A DNA stretch of 64,000 nucleotides from Octopus vulgaris (GCA_951406725.2 OX597830.1:31806001-31870000); one strand, 5' to 3'. Shown: positions 29,720 to 43,699, numbered from the stretch's first letter. Translations and numbers: made by a program. Notes: generated by a model from the letters alone, not told the origin.

Positions 29720-30155
29720 ATATATATATATATATATATGTAGATACAGCTGTTTCATATTTAGTCACAAGGCTAATAGTTTAATGAATGAATGTTCACT
29801 AGTTAAGACATTAGCATAACCCTCCACCAATAGCCATACGTGATTAGAGTTTTTTCATCAAATCCAGAAGGATGAAATCTATTGTTAATGTCAGCAAGAT
29901 TTGAACTCAGTATGCCAGGATCCAGAGCGAGTCTCACACGGTATTTTTTCTGACATTCTAAAAGTCTGCCAATTTAACTTCTATGTGTGTGCATATGCAC
30001 ATCTATATACCTATATCTATTTTTCTACTACCTACCTATGTGCATATCTATATACCTATATCTATTTTTCTACCTACCTACCTATCTATGCATTTATCTA
30101 TCTATCTGTTTATCTACCTATGTACCTACCTACCTACATACATACATACCTATCA

Positions 30156-30239
<84 letters not shown>

Positions 30240-30329
30240 TTTATTTAAAGCAGCAGAAAATTACTACTCTACCACTGGTATTTGAGTACTCTTTTTTCCA
30301 CCTTGTTTCACATTTATGTGTTTACTCCA

Positions 30330-30365
<36 letters not shown>

Positions 30366-30656
30366 TTATCTATCGATCTATGTATCTATCTGTCTATCTG
30401 TCTATCTATTCACATACACATATGTATATGTATTTATACATACAGACACACACACACACATATATATGTATGTATATATACATTCATACATACATGCTTA
30501 CATATATGTATGTGTCCAAATATATAACTCCATAAAACATTAATGAAATATTCCACAGTAAATTGTTTCCCTAGTTGCCACCTACTGTTCTTTGTTTTGC
30601 ATTTTTTAAATATCAATTTACATGACTTTTCTTATGTTCTGTATTTCACACGCACA

Positions 30657-30711
<55 letters not shown>

Positions 30712-30716
30712 GTTTA

Positions 30717-30792
<76 letters not shown>

Positions 30793-30856
30793 GTGTGTAT
30801 ATATATATCATCATCATCATCATCATTTAGCGTCCGTTTTCCATGCTAGCATGGGT

Positions 30857-30892
<36 letters not shown>

Positions 30893-30932
30893 CATGTGTG
30901 TGTATGTGTTAGTATATATGTAAAAGTATATT

Positions 30933-30974
<42 letters not shown>

Positions 30975-31630
30975 CATACATACATATATATATATATATA
31001 TACACACACATACATACATACATACGTACGTACGTACGTACATACACATAACTATATAGATATAGATGTATATGTTTACGTCTATTTTCTGCTGTTTGAT
31101 AATATATGTTGCACTAGCTGCATGTTGCAGGTGCATTATTAGCCCAGGGTATAGTTTGTACTTGTTTGCCAGATACAAGACTTAAGTTTTTATCAAGTTG
31201 ACAATTTTGAATGTTTACAATTATAGTTATATATTAAATTGGTCATTTGAAGTTTATTTCATAGGATGACAGATTTAAGGTTTATTGTTATTAATGAGAT
31301 ATTAAAAATTTTTTTTTTCCTTTTTCTAATATATTATTAATGCTAACTTAACAAATATTAATGTTAGTTAAACTGCCATTAATAATATATTTCAGAAATG
31401 GGAAAATTATAAAAATCTTCTCATTAATGATATAAGCCATAAGGCCAGGTGCAAAGGAGAGAGAGGGAGAGAGAGGGAGAGAGAAAGAGAGAGAGATGTG
31501 AGAATGAGTTAGTTTAAGTGTGGAAGACTTAGAAAGGAGTAAGAGAGAGGAAGAGAGAGGAGCAAAGAGAAAGGGGAAGAGAGAGAAGGAAAGAGAGAGG
31601 AGAGAGAAGGTGAAGAGAGAGAGAGAGTGA

Positions 31631-31686
<56 letters not shown>

Positions 31687-31859
31687 GAGAGGGATAAGGA
31701 AAGCAGTGTAGGTAGGTGAATGAAAGAGAGATTGAAATAGAAAAATGAGAGAGAAAGAGGAGAAGGCTTGGGCATTTTGTTTGAATATCAAACTACTTGC
31801 ATCCACCCCACGTACACACATAGATACATATTAATTAACCTGTGTGGATAAATGTGTCT

Positions 31860-31891
<32 letters not shown>

Positions 31892-31926
31892 GCATATTTA
31901 TCTATTTATGTATGTATGTATCTATC

Positions 31927-32070
<144 letters not shown>

Positions 32071-32904
32071 ATATATATATATATGTATGCATGTTTGTAT
32101 GTAGATTTACATGCACACACATGTGCACACACACACACACACACGTATATGTATATATATGTGCCAAAATTTATGCACGTGCGATTGTGTACGAGCATAC
32201 ATTAATACATGTGCTTGCGTGCTTGTTATTCTGTCTGTGTGTGTGTGTATGACTTTGGGTGGGTTTTGGGTTGTGGGTGTGGGAACATATGTGTTAAAAT
32301 ATAAACGGGAAGAACAAAGACCAAAGCCCTGAAGGTTTGTGTGTTTTAAAATAGGAAAATATATATATATAATACATATATTATGTACATATAATAAACA
32401 GTATCACATATCTGTTGACATGTTCATGAAGAATTCAAATAAGGACAATGAATTCTTCTTTTGGTTTGGCTTTCTATAATGACATAAGTAACAAGGTACT
32501 TTGGAATTCAGAGATGTACAGAAGCAGCCGGAACATTTAAAACATAAACACACTCATTTTGGTTTTTGCATCAGGCTTTACAAAAGTGCACAAGTCATTG
32601 AATCTCAACATTAAATATGGTAATTAAAATTAATTTACAGAATTTAGCTATTATAGCAATTAATACAAGAATAATTTTTTCGGTGAAAATCACTTTATAG
32701 AATGCTTAGAGTAATTGGATAAAGATATATGAATACAGATTTCCAAAAGATATTTGGAAAGAAAATTAAGATGCACATATATATATGTGTGTGTGTATAT
32801 ATATATATACATATTGAGAATAACAATATTGAGAAATAATCATTATCATCATCATCATAATCATGATCAACATCATCATCGTCATCATCATCATCGTCAT
32901 TATT

Positions 32905-33110
32905 ATGAGCTGCCAGAATCATTAGCATGCCGGGTGAAATTTTCAGCAGTATTTCATCTGCTACTGTGTTCTGAGTTCAAATTCTGACAAGGTTGACTTT
33001 GCCTCTTGTTCTTTTGGAGGGTTGATAAATTAAGTACCAGTGAAACACTGGGGTCGATGTTATCGACTATCTCCCTCCTCCAAGCTGCCCTTGTGACAAA
33101 AATATGAAAG
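32905..33110 (+). mobile_element. SINE family B copy
   Basis: gagctgccagaatcattagc..ctgagttcaaattc..gataaattaagtaccag. Confidence 0.8.
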
Positions 33111-33138
33111 CATTATTATCGTTATTATTATTATTATT

Positions 33139-33696
33139 GTGTGAGAGAGCAGTGAATGCCATCAAAGTGAGACTGGGGTAAAATATACGAAGCCCAATAT
33201 ACCCATCATGACTACCCGTCTGATAAGGGTACACCAGGCACATGCATCCCAACCATATGTGTGCGACATGGTGATCTCATATCAAGATAAACAGCACATG
33301 ACCTTGCAAGTGGGGCCTAGTTAGAATTTTCTTCTGGTTGAGTAGCCCATCCCGCTAAAAAAAGGTCCCTGAATAAGGATTGTTTAAGGATGTTGAACGA
33401 ACCACCCATGTTTCCAAAGGTGAATTATCCAAACCCCAAAGAATCCCTCTCAACACATGGCTATGATGCTTTCCCACTACTTCTGCTCGTGATCAGAGAT
33501 GCACATATCATCAGCTACAAAGGGACATGCTCAGCTGGTTAAGGTCAAACAACTGACAAGCAAATCTGTGGAATTGAGCAGAATATTTGCTGTAGCCCAT
33601 CTTTTATACCAAGACAAAACAATGTACATGATAACACTTCCAATCAGTTAAGATCAGAAGCCATGAGAGCCACTACCTGGTACTGCATCAGGGCAT
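33139..33696. mobile_element. Unclassified ~560-bp complex sequence inserted in a (TTA)n tract
   Basis: Sharp boundaries with (tta)n on both sides; higher GC than surroundings; no ORF, TIR or tRNA head recognised. Confidence 0.45.
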
Positions 33697-33697
33697 A

Positions 33698-33735
<38 letters not shown>

Positions 33736-33737
33736 TT

Positions 33738-33955
33738 AAGGCAGTGAACTGGCAGAAATGTTAGCATGCTGGGGAAAATACTTAGCAGCATTTCGTCTAT
33801 GTTTACTTTCTGAGTTCAAATTGTGCTGAGGTCAGTTTTGTCTTTCGTCCTTTCAGGGTCAATAAATTAAGGACCAGTGAAACACTGGGGTCAATATAAT
33901 CAACTTACTCCCTCCCACCAGATTTCAGGCCTTGTGCCTATAGTAGAAAGGATTT
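33738..33955 (+). mobile_element. SINE family B copy
   Basis: aaggcagtgaactggcagaa head; ctttcgtcctttcagggtcaataaattaagg. Confidence 0.8.
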
Positions 33956-34084
33956 ATTACCTATGCCTAAGAGAAGGCAGAGGAATTGTTTTCAGTCATG
34001 TTTGTTTGATATCTCAAGAACCACTGAATGGATTCAGATGAAATTTTCAGAGATGTTTGTCCTCATGAATGGGGTGGGTGTAAG

Positions 34085-34330
34085 GTGAGTAGCTTTCTTA
34101 CCAGCCACATGGTTCTGGGTTCAGTCCCACTGCATGGCACCTTGGGCAAGAGTCTTCTACTATAGCCTCAGGCTGACCAAATCACACTCTGTTAAGTGGT
34201 TGGCATTAGGAAGGGCAGCCAGCTGTAGAAACCATGCCACAACAGACAAATGGAGTCTGACCAGTTCCATGTCAAACTGTCCAACCCATGCCAGCATGGA
34301 AAGCAAACATTAAACAATGATGAAGATGAT
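34085..34330 (+). mobile_element. Chimeric SINE: family A head joined to family R tail
   Basis: ggttctgggttcagtcccactgc..ccttgggcaag..gctgaccaaa directly followed by acactctg..gtggttggcattaggaaggg..catgccagcatggaaag (gat)n. Confidence 0.65.
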
Positions 34331-34683
34331 GATGGTGGTGGTGGAGGTAGTGGTGGTGATGATGACAATGATGGTGATGATGATGATGATGATGAAGAAG
34401 ATGGTGTGATGGTGATGATGGTGATGATGGTGATGATGACTAAGACTTGATGTTCATAGGAACACCTAAATGCTGATGTCCTAGTTCTCATTGCTGAATT
34501 GGTAAGAGAATTCCAGAGGAAATTCCAGACTTGGTAGCCTAACTTTGAATTGAGATTTGTCAAAGTAAACTGAGCAATGACTAAGATTTTAGTAAATAGG
34601 GAAAAAAATGACAGGATTCAAGGATCTTCAGGTAAATGGCGCTACTTAAAAGGTAAAAAATGAGTAAACATAAACTGCATGTA

Positions 34684-35197
34684 AATTAAGGATATTGGTA
34701 AAGAGCTTTCTCAGGAATGAGATAAGGGTGATACCCTTGTGGTTGTTGCAAACGAGTTTGTTACCCTTCAGTTTCCAGAAGGGGAGAATTATGCCTTGGG
34801 TCCAGTAATTTGGGAGTCACTCTGACACTCACAAATGGTTTATGATGCAAGTGACCACCTGGATTATGTGTTTTCCACCTGTCTTCAACATATTCACAGT
34901 GATAGCACATATTCCAGGGGCTTTGTAGTTCTTGAGAACCTCAAAGCAGTTAACAGGATTGAATCTTCATGCATCATTGGTTGTGGCTGTGTCTGCAGTG
35001 ATGGATAGGCTGGGACTGATTGCGACAGGTGGGTGATGAATAAGAAGGCTGATGGGCTCCTTCCAGGATTTGAAGTGGGTAGTTTCTATTGCCATTGACA
35101 TCATTCACCTAGGGTGTCTTGAACAGGAGATCGGCACGGGCTCTGTGGAGCATGTTGAACACCTGGCTGATATTGCTGTTCCTTGCCATTGCTTCCA
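34684..35197 (-). mobile_element. Second RTE fragment in opposite orientation
   Basis: LPNYWTQGIILPFWKLKGNKLVCNNHKGITLIS, matching the RTE pre-RT motif P..W..G.I.P..K.KG....C.N.RGI.L. Confidence 0.65.
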
Positions 35198-35299
35198 AGT
35201 ACTCAACTCAGTGGTATCACTGGTAGGCTAATAGAGAGTGCAAACTTCATATGTGACAAATATACTGGAACAGTAAGTACAATGAACACACCAGAAATA

Positions 35300-35865
35300 T
35301 TGGGTTGTCCGGAAAGTTTGTGCTGATTTATAGTAGCTTACCTTTCTACTTACTTTAGAACATGGTTGAGTCCATAAAATAGGATTTGACTACACTTCCA
35401 TTTAGAGCACAGTTTAAGCTATCTTTTCGTGGAAGAAGCTTTATGTTCCTATAACCTGTGTTAATTCTGTAACCCTTTAAAATGGAAGATAAGAAAGTTC
35501 ATTTTCGGCACTTGATGCTTTGGGAACCAGACAAAAATTGCTGCAGCTTGGCTGGGATGTGTTACCCCACCCTCCATATTCACCAGATATTGCTCCTTTG
35601 GATTTCCACTTATTCAGGTCTCTGCAGAATAGACTTAATGGTAAAAATTTCAATTCCTTGGATGACGTAAAAAGATACCTTGATGAATTCTTTGCCATGA
35701 AACCACCTCAATTCTGGGAAGAGGGTATTTTCAAGTTAAAGGAAAGATGGAGACGCATTGTGCAACAACATGGTTCGTATTTGGTTGATTAAAAATGTAA
35801 TGGCAAGTATTTATTGACCTTTTACTTTCCTTTAAAAATCGGCACAAACTTTCCGGACAACCCAA
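35300..35865 (+). mobile_element. Internally deleted mariner (566 bp) with near-perfect TIRs and TA TSD
   Basis: ttgggttgtccggaaagtttgtgctgattt and aaatcggcacaaactttccggacaacccaa; MEDKKVHFRHLMLWE fused to TRQKLLQLGWDVLPHPPYSPDIAPLDFHLF. Confidence 0.93.
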
Positions 35866-36263
35866 TAGATTCTCTCAAATGCTTGGATGATTCACGAGAT
35901 GTGGTTGCTATCTGTTCTTACCTGGATGTATAAGGGGAGGTAATTGCTCTGAAAGTATAATAGCCAGGGCAAGAACAGGTTAGAAAAAGTTCAGAAGAGT
36001 ACTACTACTGCTGACAACAAAGGTCTTTTCCCTCAGAGTGAAGAAGAGATTGCATGAGGCTTGTGTTAGAACTGTGAAGCTGCAGGGTAATGAAACATGG
36101 ACCTTGAATGCTGAGGGTTTGAGAAAACTGGAGTGAAATGAAGCATGTTTCACAGAATGTGCAATGTAAGTGTGCATGAAAGATGAAGTCTACCTTCATC
36201 CACTTATATATACACATATATATATCTACAGATCTATATATAAATAGGCACTAGCTATATAAG

Positions 36264-36306
<43 letters not shown>

Positions 36307-36769
36307 GTTTGTGTGTGCGTGTGTGTGTACATGTGCATGTGTTATATGTATATGCATATGAAGATGATGTTGATATACATATATACATTTATCTACATGC
36401 ACATACATATACAAATATATATATACATGTATATACTGACATATGCACATACATATGTACCAATACAAATATGTGCTTATATATATATATATGTATATGT
36501 ATATTACATACAAATATATATATGCACTCCTCCTCCCACACATACATATATGCATACATGCTCAAACAGATACTCTCACACACATATCTATACACAGTGG
36601 TCAGTTGAGATTTTGGCACAAATGCCATAACGAGTTTCATGCTAGGTAGAGGTGTGTTGCTTAGCACGTCCATGTGTACAGATGCACGGTGATTCCACAT
36701 GCACTGCCAATCTTTCCAACACCAGCCACATCGACAAGAGAGCCAGGATCACCATTGACATGAGGTTTC

Positions 36770-37360
36770 GTTCCAATACCCTTGGCTTACCAAACACCAC
36801 CACCACCACCACTGCTGCCGCTGCCACCACCGCCTGACCTTTAGCATTGTCATTCCTACAACTATCTCTTCATCACCACAATCATCACAATCATCATCAT
36901 CATCATCAGCGTCATCATCATCTTTACAAATCAGCATTACCATCGTCATCATTACCACCACCACCACCACCTCCATCACCATCACCATCAACATCAACAT
37001 CAACTGTATCATCCCCACTATCACCACCACTACTACCACCAACACTATCATCACCAACAAAACCACCACCACCACTACAATCATCAGGACTATCTCTAAC
37101 ACTACCACCATCACCATCATCAAACAACAATAAGACCATCACCACCACCACCGTCATCAACAAGATCACCACCACCACAAGGACCATGACCACCATCACC
37201 ATCACCATTGTGATCAACAAAATCCCCACCACAACCACCACCACCACAGCCACCACCACCACCACCACCAACACCACCACCACCACCACCATCACCACCA
37301 ACACCACCAACACCACCACAACCACCAACACTACCGCCACCACAATGACCATCACCAAAC
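36770..37360. repeat. Degenerate (CAT)/(CAC) trinucleotide tract
   Basis: Direct reading. Confidence 0.85.
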
Positions 37361-37769
37361 ACCTCTTGAGTATATGTAGAGAGGTGAAGTAATACCTAGG
37401 TGTGGATGGAGAAGAAAAAAGCAAGAGAGAGAAAGGGAGAGAGAGAGACAGTGTGTGTGAAGGGGAGAAAAAAAGAATTCTAAAACAATCAAAACAAATA
37501 ACACAAACAAAAAAAAGAACCAAATAAATAAATAAAACCTGCTCAATGTGGAAGATGGACTGAACACATCTTCCTTTATACGCCACCCATCTCTACACCT
37601 TGCACTCTGTCCTTACCCACCACCCCACCACACCACCACCACCACCACCATCACAACTTCCAATACACATAGCAACATTACTATTACGACTACTACTACT
37701 ACTACTACTACAAGCACTTAGAAGCATCAAGAGTTAAGGAGAGAGTGTTTTTTTTGTGTGTGCGTTTGT

Positions 37770-38895
37770 TCAACATGCTGAAAATAGTAGTCAAATCTCC
37801 CTCAAATCCACCTTTAGCATCATTTGGTTTTTTTCTTGCAATTTCATAATTTTTGTATTACTGTTTTTTTCATTTTTTTTGTAGTCTTCTTTTTGTATAT
37901 TGTTTCTTTTTGTAATTTTTGTATTTCCATTTTTTTTCCCTTTTTTTGTATTTTTCCTTTTATATATTGTTTCTTTCTGTAATTTTTTAATTCTGTTTTT
38001 TTCTTCATTTTTTTGTGTTTTTCTTTTTGTATATTTTTTTGTATTTTCGTTTTTTTAAGAATGATTTGGATTTGGATTTGAATAACGTAATGTTCCCTAC
38101 CACCAAACAAAAAAAGTTAGGATGGTCATGGTAGGACTACTTTTGATCATAAGTCTGTCAACTCGATTAGGTCTAACCAAGGGTTAAATAACACCTATAA
38201 CAGTAACAGCAATTTTAACCCAATGAAAGAACACTTTATATGACTTCTTTCATCTACTAGAAATAGCAGCTAAATCTTCCCCAAATCATGCAGGTTCTTT
38301 TTTTTAGGACTGGTCAGTCATGAATAGAACATCTTTTATCATAGGTCTCCTCAGCCAGGATTGACCAGGGGTTAAACAACTGCAATAGGAGTCAACAATG
38401 AATCCCTTTATGTAATAACTTGACCTGCTAGAAAAAGCAGCTAAATCTGCTTTATTTTGTCTATTTTTTGTGTGTTTTTTCAGAGCATGGATAATGGTGT
38501 TATTATATTCCTTGCACAATAATAATATGGGATGGTCATCATTGGAATACAGTTGATCAAAGGGATCTGTTTAATAAGGGCTTATTTGGAGCTAAACAAC
38601 AAAAGCAACTGCCACCACCATCACCAGCACCACCAGCACTACCACCACCACCTTCATCACCATCTCCATTCATCTCCACTGGCATTTCTATTAAAGATTA
38701 GAAATAACAGCCAAATCTCATCATAACATTATTGTTATAAAAAAAGAAGAAAAAAAAACAGAAAAGAAAGGCGGCTGCATTGGACAGTGTAGTTCTTGAT
38801 AAATTATGTTTGAAATAAATGATTGGGTGGTCACATCTGGAAAGGTTTTTGATCTGCCTGGTCAATACTGACCTGAGGTTGAATAACAACAACAA
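37770..38895 (+). repeat. Four tandem diverged copies of an old retroposon-like unit; inverted copy at ~39930-40120
   Basis: Recurring ctagaaatagcagcyaaatc ... ggatggtca ... tttgatca ... gggytaaacaac. Confidence 0.55.
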
Positions 38896-39291
38896 TGCCA
38901 CAGAGAATTACACCACCAATACCACCGCTGTCGCCGTCGCTACCATCAATGCCACTGCAATCACAAAAAGTAGCACCATCACCACCACCACCACAACCAC
39001 TGCCACCATTGCTTATTATGTCACCAATGCTACCACCATCATGATAATAGTTACAACCACTCCTCCTCACACAACACATTTCCACCATATATACATATAT
39101 ATATATATATGTATATACACACATACACACATACTCCCACCTCTTCCTACCTCTACCCTACCACCACCACATATATATATTATATATACATATATATATA
39201 TATACATATATATATACATGTGTATATATACACACATACACACATACTCCCACCTCTATACTACTATATATACCACCATATATATATATAT

Positions 39292-39372
<81 letters not shown>

Positions 39373-39487
39373 TATATATACATATATATATATACATATA
39401 TATATATATATGTATATATATATACATATATATATATATTTTCCTCTACACAGCATATCCTCTTCACCTCCAGTTTCTACTTTTACG

Positions 39488-39521
<34 letters not shown>

Positions 39522-40159
39522 GTTTCTCTCTACCTCTTACTCCTACTTGCCACTCTCTCTAAATCTTTCTCTTACTCTCTGTATCTCTGTATCTCTCTCT
39601 CTCTCTCTGTCCCCCTCTCCCTCTCACACATAACCACCACCACCACCACCACCACCACCACCCTTCTCTAGACTCTCAATTCCTCTCCTCCCCCCATCCA
39701 CATCTTCCATCTTAAGCTCACTTTGTAATGTATTGATTTTTTTTTTCCCCTGGATTCTTCCGCTTTTTTTTGTTTGTATCTTTCTTTCTCCCTATAAAGA
39801 TGGTGGTGATGGCGAGGATGGTGGTGGTGTTAATGGCCATAGCAGTGGTCACGACGATGGCGATGGTGCTGGTGGTGGTGCTGCTTGCTGCTGCTGCTGC
39901 TGCTGCCGCTACTGATGCTGCTGTCATTGCAGTTTAGCCACAGTTCAGCCTAGATTTAGCAAGAACATGCCTATGTCCAAAGGCTTTCCAACCAGGACCA
40001 TCCAGTTTGATTTTCTTATTTAAAGAGTGTCTAGAAATACCATTGACCAATGCGTCTGCCTGTAGGATGTGATCAGAGGGCAGAAAGGGAGATTTGACTA
40101 CAGTTTTTAGCAGGTCAAACAACCACATAGATTTTATCCTCGATGGATGATGGTAGCGT

Positions 40160-40342
40160 TAGTGGTGGTGGTGGTGGTGGTGGTGGTGGTGGTGTGTTGT
40201 TATTGATGTTGACTGTAATGGTGATGTTGCTGATTGTGAAGATGGTGGTGACTCTGGGAAACTTGAGTGGCAGGGTGAGGTAGGCATATGCCATAGCAGA
40301 AGGATGCAGTGGACATTCGTGGTGGTGGTGGTGGTGGTGGTG

Positions 40343-40386
<44 letters not shown>

Positions 40387-40490
40387 GGTGGTGGTGGTGG
40401 TGGTGGTGAAGGTGATGGTGGTAGTCGTAGTGGTGGTGGTGGTAGTGGTAGTAGTAGTAGTAGTAGTAGTAGTAGTAAGAAAAAGAAAAA

Positions 40491-40529
<39 letters not shown>

Positions 40530-40860
40530 ATGGTGATGATGGTGATGCTGATGACGATGATGATGACAACCATGATGATGATGAGGAGGATGAGGAGGAG
40601 GAGAAGAAGGAGGAGGAGAAGGAGGAGGAGGAGGAGAGTTACGCTATGCAGAAAGAAGGAAAAAATTTCAAAGCAGTGAGAAAATGAGAGAGGCAAATAA
40701 AGAAGCAAGAAAGAGAGAGAAAGAGGGAGAGAGAGAGAGAGAGAGAGAGGCGAGCAATAAAGAGTGACAGAGTGAAAGGAGAGAGACAGCGGAAGATAAG
40801 GAACGAGGAAGGAATAAAGGTAGTAATAGTAGTAGTAGTAGTAGTAATAGTAGTAGTAGT
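40160..40860. repeat. Mosaic (GGT)/(AGT)/(GAT)/(GGA) microsatellites
   Basis: Direct reading. Confidence 0.9.
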
Positions 40861-41504
40861 AAAGTGGTGAAGTAAGGAAGAGTGAAAGATAGAGGAAAGC
40901 CAAGGTTAAATGGCAGGGTGCAGCAAGGGGGTGAGGAAATACAGTGGTGGTGGTGGTGGTGGTGGTGGTGGCAGGGGAAATGGTATGTAAAATGTAAGTG
41001 GTCAATGGAATTACTCGGAGAGTTAGAGGAGGGAGAGGTGCTGTTAAGATATAGAAACGTGTACCAGTGTGTGTATGTGTGTGTGTCTGTGTGCGTGTGT
41101 GTTTACGTTTGTACGTATGTAAGGGAGTTAATGAAGGGAACACTAAGGGATGTAGATGCATAAAATGGATGGAGAGCCGGTCAGCTATGCCAACTGGCTA
41201 GCTGGCGGGTTGGTCGGCTGGTCAGCTGGCTAGCTGGCTGGGATGGTTGGCTGGCTGGCTGGCTGGCTGGCTATTTGGATTGCTGGCGGACTGGTCAGAT
41301 AGAAAAAGAGACAATCAGCCAGCCAGTCAGACAGCGAGACAGACAGACAGACAGTGAGACAGACAGACAAGCAGTCTGATAGACAGACAGACAGACAAGC
41401 TGACATGAGATAGACAGACAGGTAGGTAGTTTTGCAAGTAGATGGGCCTGGATGGAGCTACGTTGATGTAGAGATCCCGAACTCCTTTTTCTTTTAAATT
41501 TTCA

Positions 41505-42352
41505 CTTGTTTCAGTCATTAGACTGTGGCCATGCTGGGGCACTGGGGCACTGCCTTGAAGAATATTTCAAATGAAGCAACCAAAATACTCCTTTCTTCTT
41601 AAAAAAAAACAGCCTAGTACTTATTCTACTGGTCTCTTTTACCAAACTGATAAGTCATGGTAATGTAAACACACCAACACCGGTTATCAAGTGGTGGTGG
41701 GGGACAAACACAGACATAAACACACACACACTCACACACACACATACAAACACACAAAAACACACACTCATGTATATATATGCAACCAGTACTGGTTGCA
41801 TAACCTCAACTTTTTGCGAACTACATTTGTCAACATTATGAAATAATTCCACGCCTCCAGAAACAGCTGTCGCTCCTGTAACACCATACTTTCTCTCTTT
41901 AATTTTCTGTGTCTGTACTCTGTGTAAGTGTGCTCTGTTAATATATAACTATCTAAACATTTATTCATGAATATTCATCTTCTGAATAATTTTAGTTTTT
42001 GGCTCTCTTTCTTTACATGAATATACTTTTATTCTTTTATTCTTTAATTTGTTTCAGTCATTTGACTGCGGCCATGCTGGAGCACTGCTTTTAGTTGAAC
42101 AAACTGACACCAAGATTTATTCTTTGTAAGCCTAGTACTTATTCTAGGATGGTGGGGGGTAGAGATACATAAACAAACACACAAACACACACACATATAT
42201 ATATATGTACAACAGGCTTCTTTCAGTTTCCGTTTACCAAATCTGCTCTGAGGCTATAATAGAAGACACTTGCCTAAAGTGTCATGCAGTGGGACTTGAA
42301 CCCGGAACCATGTGATTGGTAAGCAACTTACCACACAGCCACTCCTGCGCCT
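41505..42352 (-). mobile_element. Two partial SINE family A copies (41505-41760 and 42030-42352)
   Basis: Family A tail and head motifs in reverse orientation. Confidence 0.75.
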
Positions 42353-42550
42353 ATATGTATGTATATTTAATGTATATAACCCAAACGGTTTTATTTGTTT
42401 ATTCACATAATTATCTCCATATCTGCTCAGCTGGATTCCCCTCATAGCCACCCTGCTGACTTAGCCCTTGGTAAAAAGTTTGGAGTATAAATTCAAATCA
42501 TTTGAGGACCGCTACATCTTTTCTATACTGAGCATCGCTGGAGCTCATCT

Positions 42551-42602
<52 letters not shown>

Positions 42603-42789
42603 CATACACACACATAGATAGAGTAGTCACCACTGACAAGCTTTAAAGTCAGAAATCCGGGATCTAGAATTATCCAGTAATTTTTTACTAGTTTCATCTT
42701 GTCTCTTTGTTATGACATGGACAATTAAGGTGGTTTTAGAGTCAGATCATGGCTGCTATTTCCAGCATGGTGGTATCTCATAGATACCT

Positions 42790-43062
42790 TAATTTATAAC
42801 TCCTTGTAATGCCAAAAATGAATCGAAGGCAAGGATTATGGTGGCATTTACCGAATTAAACAAAGCAACTTTCCAGAAAAGTTGCAGGAGATTCCAGAGT
42901 TGTCTGGAAGCCATGGTTGAAGCCAATGGCGATTTTATGGAATAAATTTACTCTTTTGTATTTCAAGATATTTTTATGTAATTTTGGTAAATATATCTGT
43001 TAAAATGCGATGTCAATGCTATTTGCGTGACTTAGAAGACAGTTTATTCACCACACCCTGTA
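42790..43062 (+). mobile_element. 3' fragment of a Tc1/mariner-superfamily (maT/DD37D-like) element
   Basis: KARIMVAFTELNKATFQKSCRRFQSCLEAMVEANGDFME* followed by the terminus caccctg-TA. Confidence 0.6.
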
Positions 43063-43068
43063 TATATA

Positions 43069-43459
43069 CTCGACCTTTATTCTCTTGAAAAACGCCGCCG
43101 CCGTGGTGATCTCATTCTCACCCACAACATCATAAGTGGGAAGTGTAACCTCTCGAAAGAGCTGTTCTTCACTCCTGCTCCGGAGCGTCGGCTGCGGGGT
43201 TATTCCGAAAAGCTCTACCTGCGACGATTTCATCTCAATCGAAGGAGAGGAGCTTTCTCCGTCCGGGTTGCGGATCCGTGGAACAAGCTGCCAGACGAGA
43301 TGGTGAAGATGCCGACGACCGCTTTGTTCAAAGCCTCTCTGGACCTCAAGTGGCCTGAACTCTTTACATGAACACCACCCTGTACTTAACTCCATGTCCC
43401 CCTACATGGCCTTGCTATTTGCTTTTGAGCCAAATTAACTAACTAACTAACTAACTAAC
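43069..43459 (+). mobile_element. 5'-truncated CR1-like LINE 3' end with (TAAC)n tail
   Basis: Uninterrupted LDLYSLEKRRRRGDLI..RLRGYSEKL..RRGAFSVRVADPWNKLP..FKASLD; CpGs retained. Confidence 0.88.
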
Positions 43460-43476
43460 ATATACACTCACAGACA

Positions 43477-43523
<47 letters not shown>

Positions 43524-43699
43524 GACAATGCCCATTACATTTTCCTTTATTGTAGTAAATTCAACATACAGCTGCTGTTGACAGTTATTATCGGTTCATT
43601 AATTGACCAGTTGAGAAAAATTGAATGACCTTAAAGAATTAAATAATGCAATCCTCATCATTTACATACTGCTCTGATGCATTCTCATATACCGTTTTC

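Larger units (their letters stand above)
34465..36180 (+). mobile_element. Decayed RTE-clade LINE (RT C-terminal half), twice interrupted
   Basis: ADVLVLIAE..VKVN..TKILV; SGITGRL..FIC; CSESIIARARTG*KKFR..FSLRVK..ACVRT..GNETW. Confidence 0.75.

Noticed and set aside
30235-30335. Short complex island between TA tracts, possibly a collapsed foldback
   Set aside because: No second copy, clear inverted arm or HHR core within this window.
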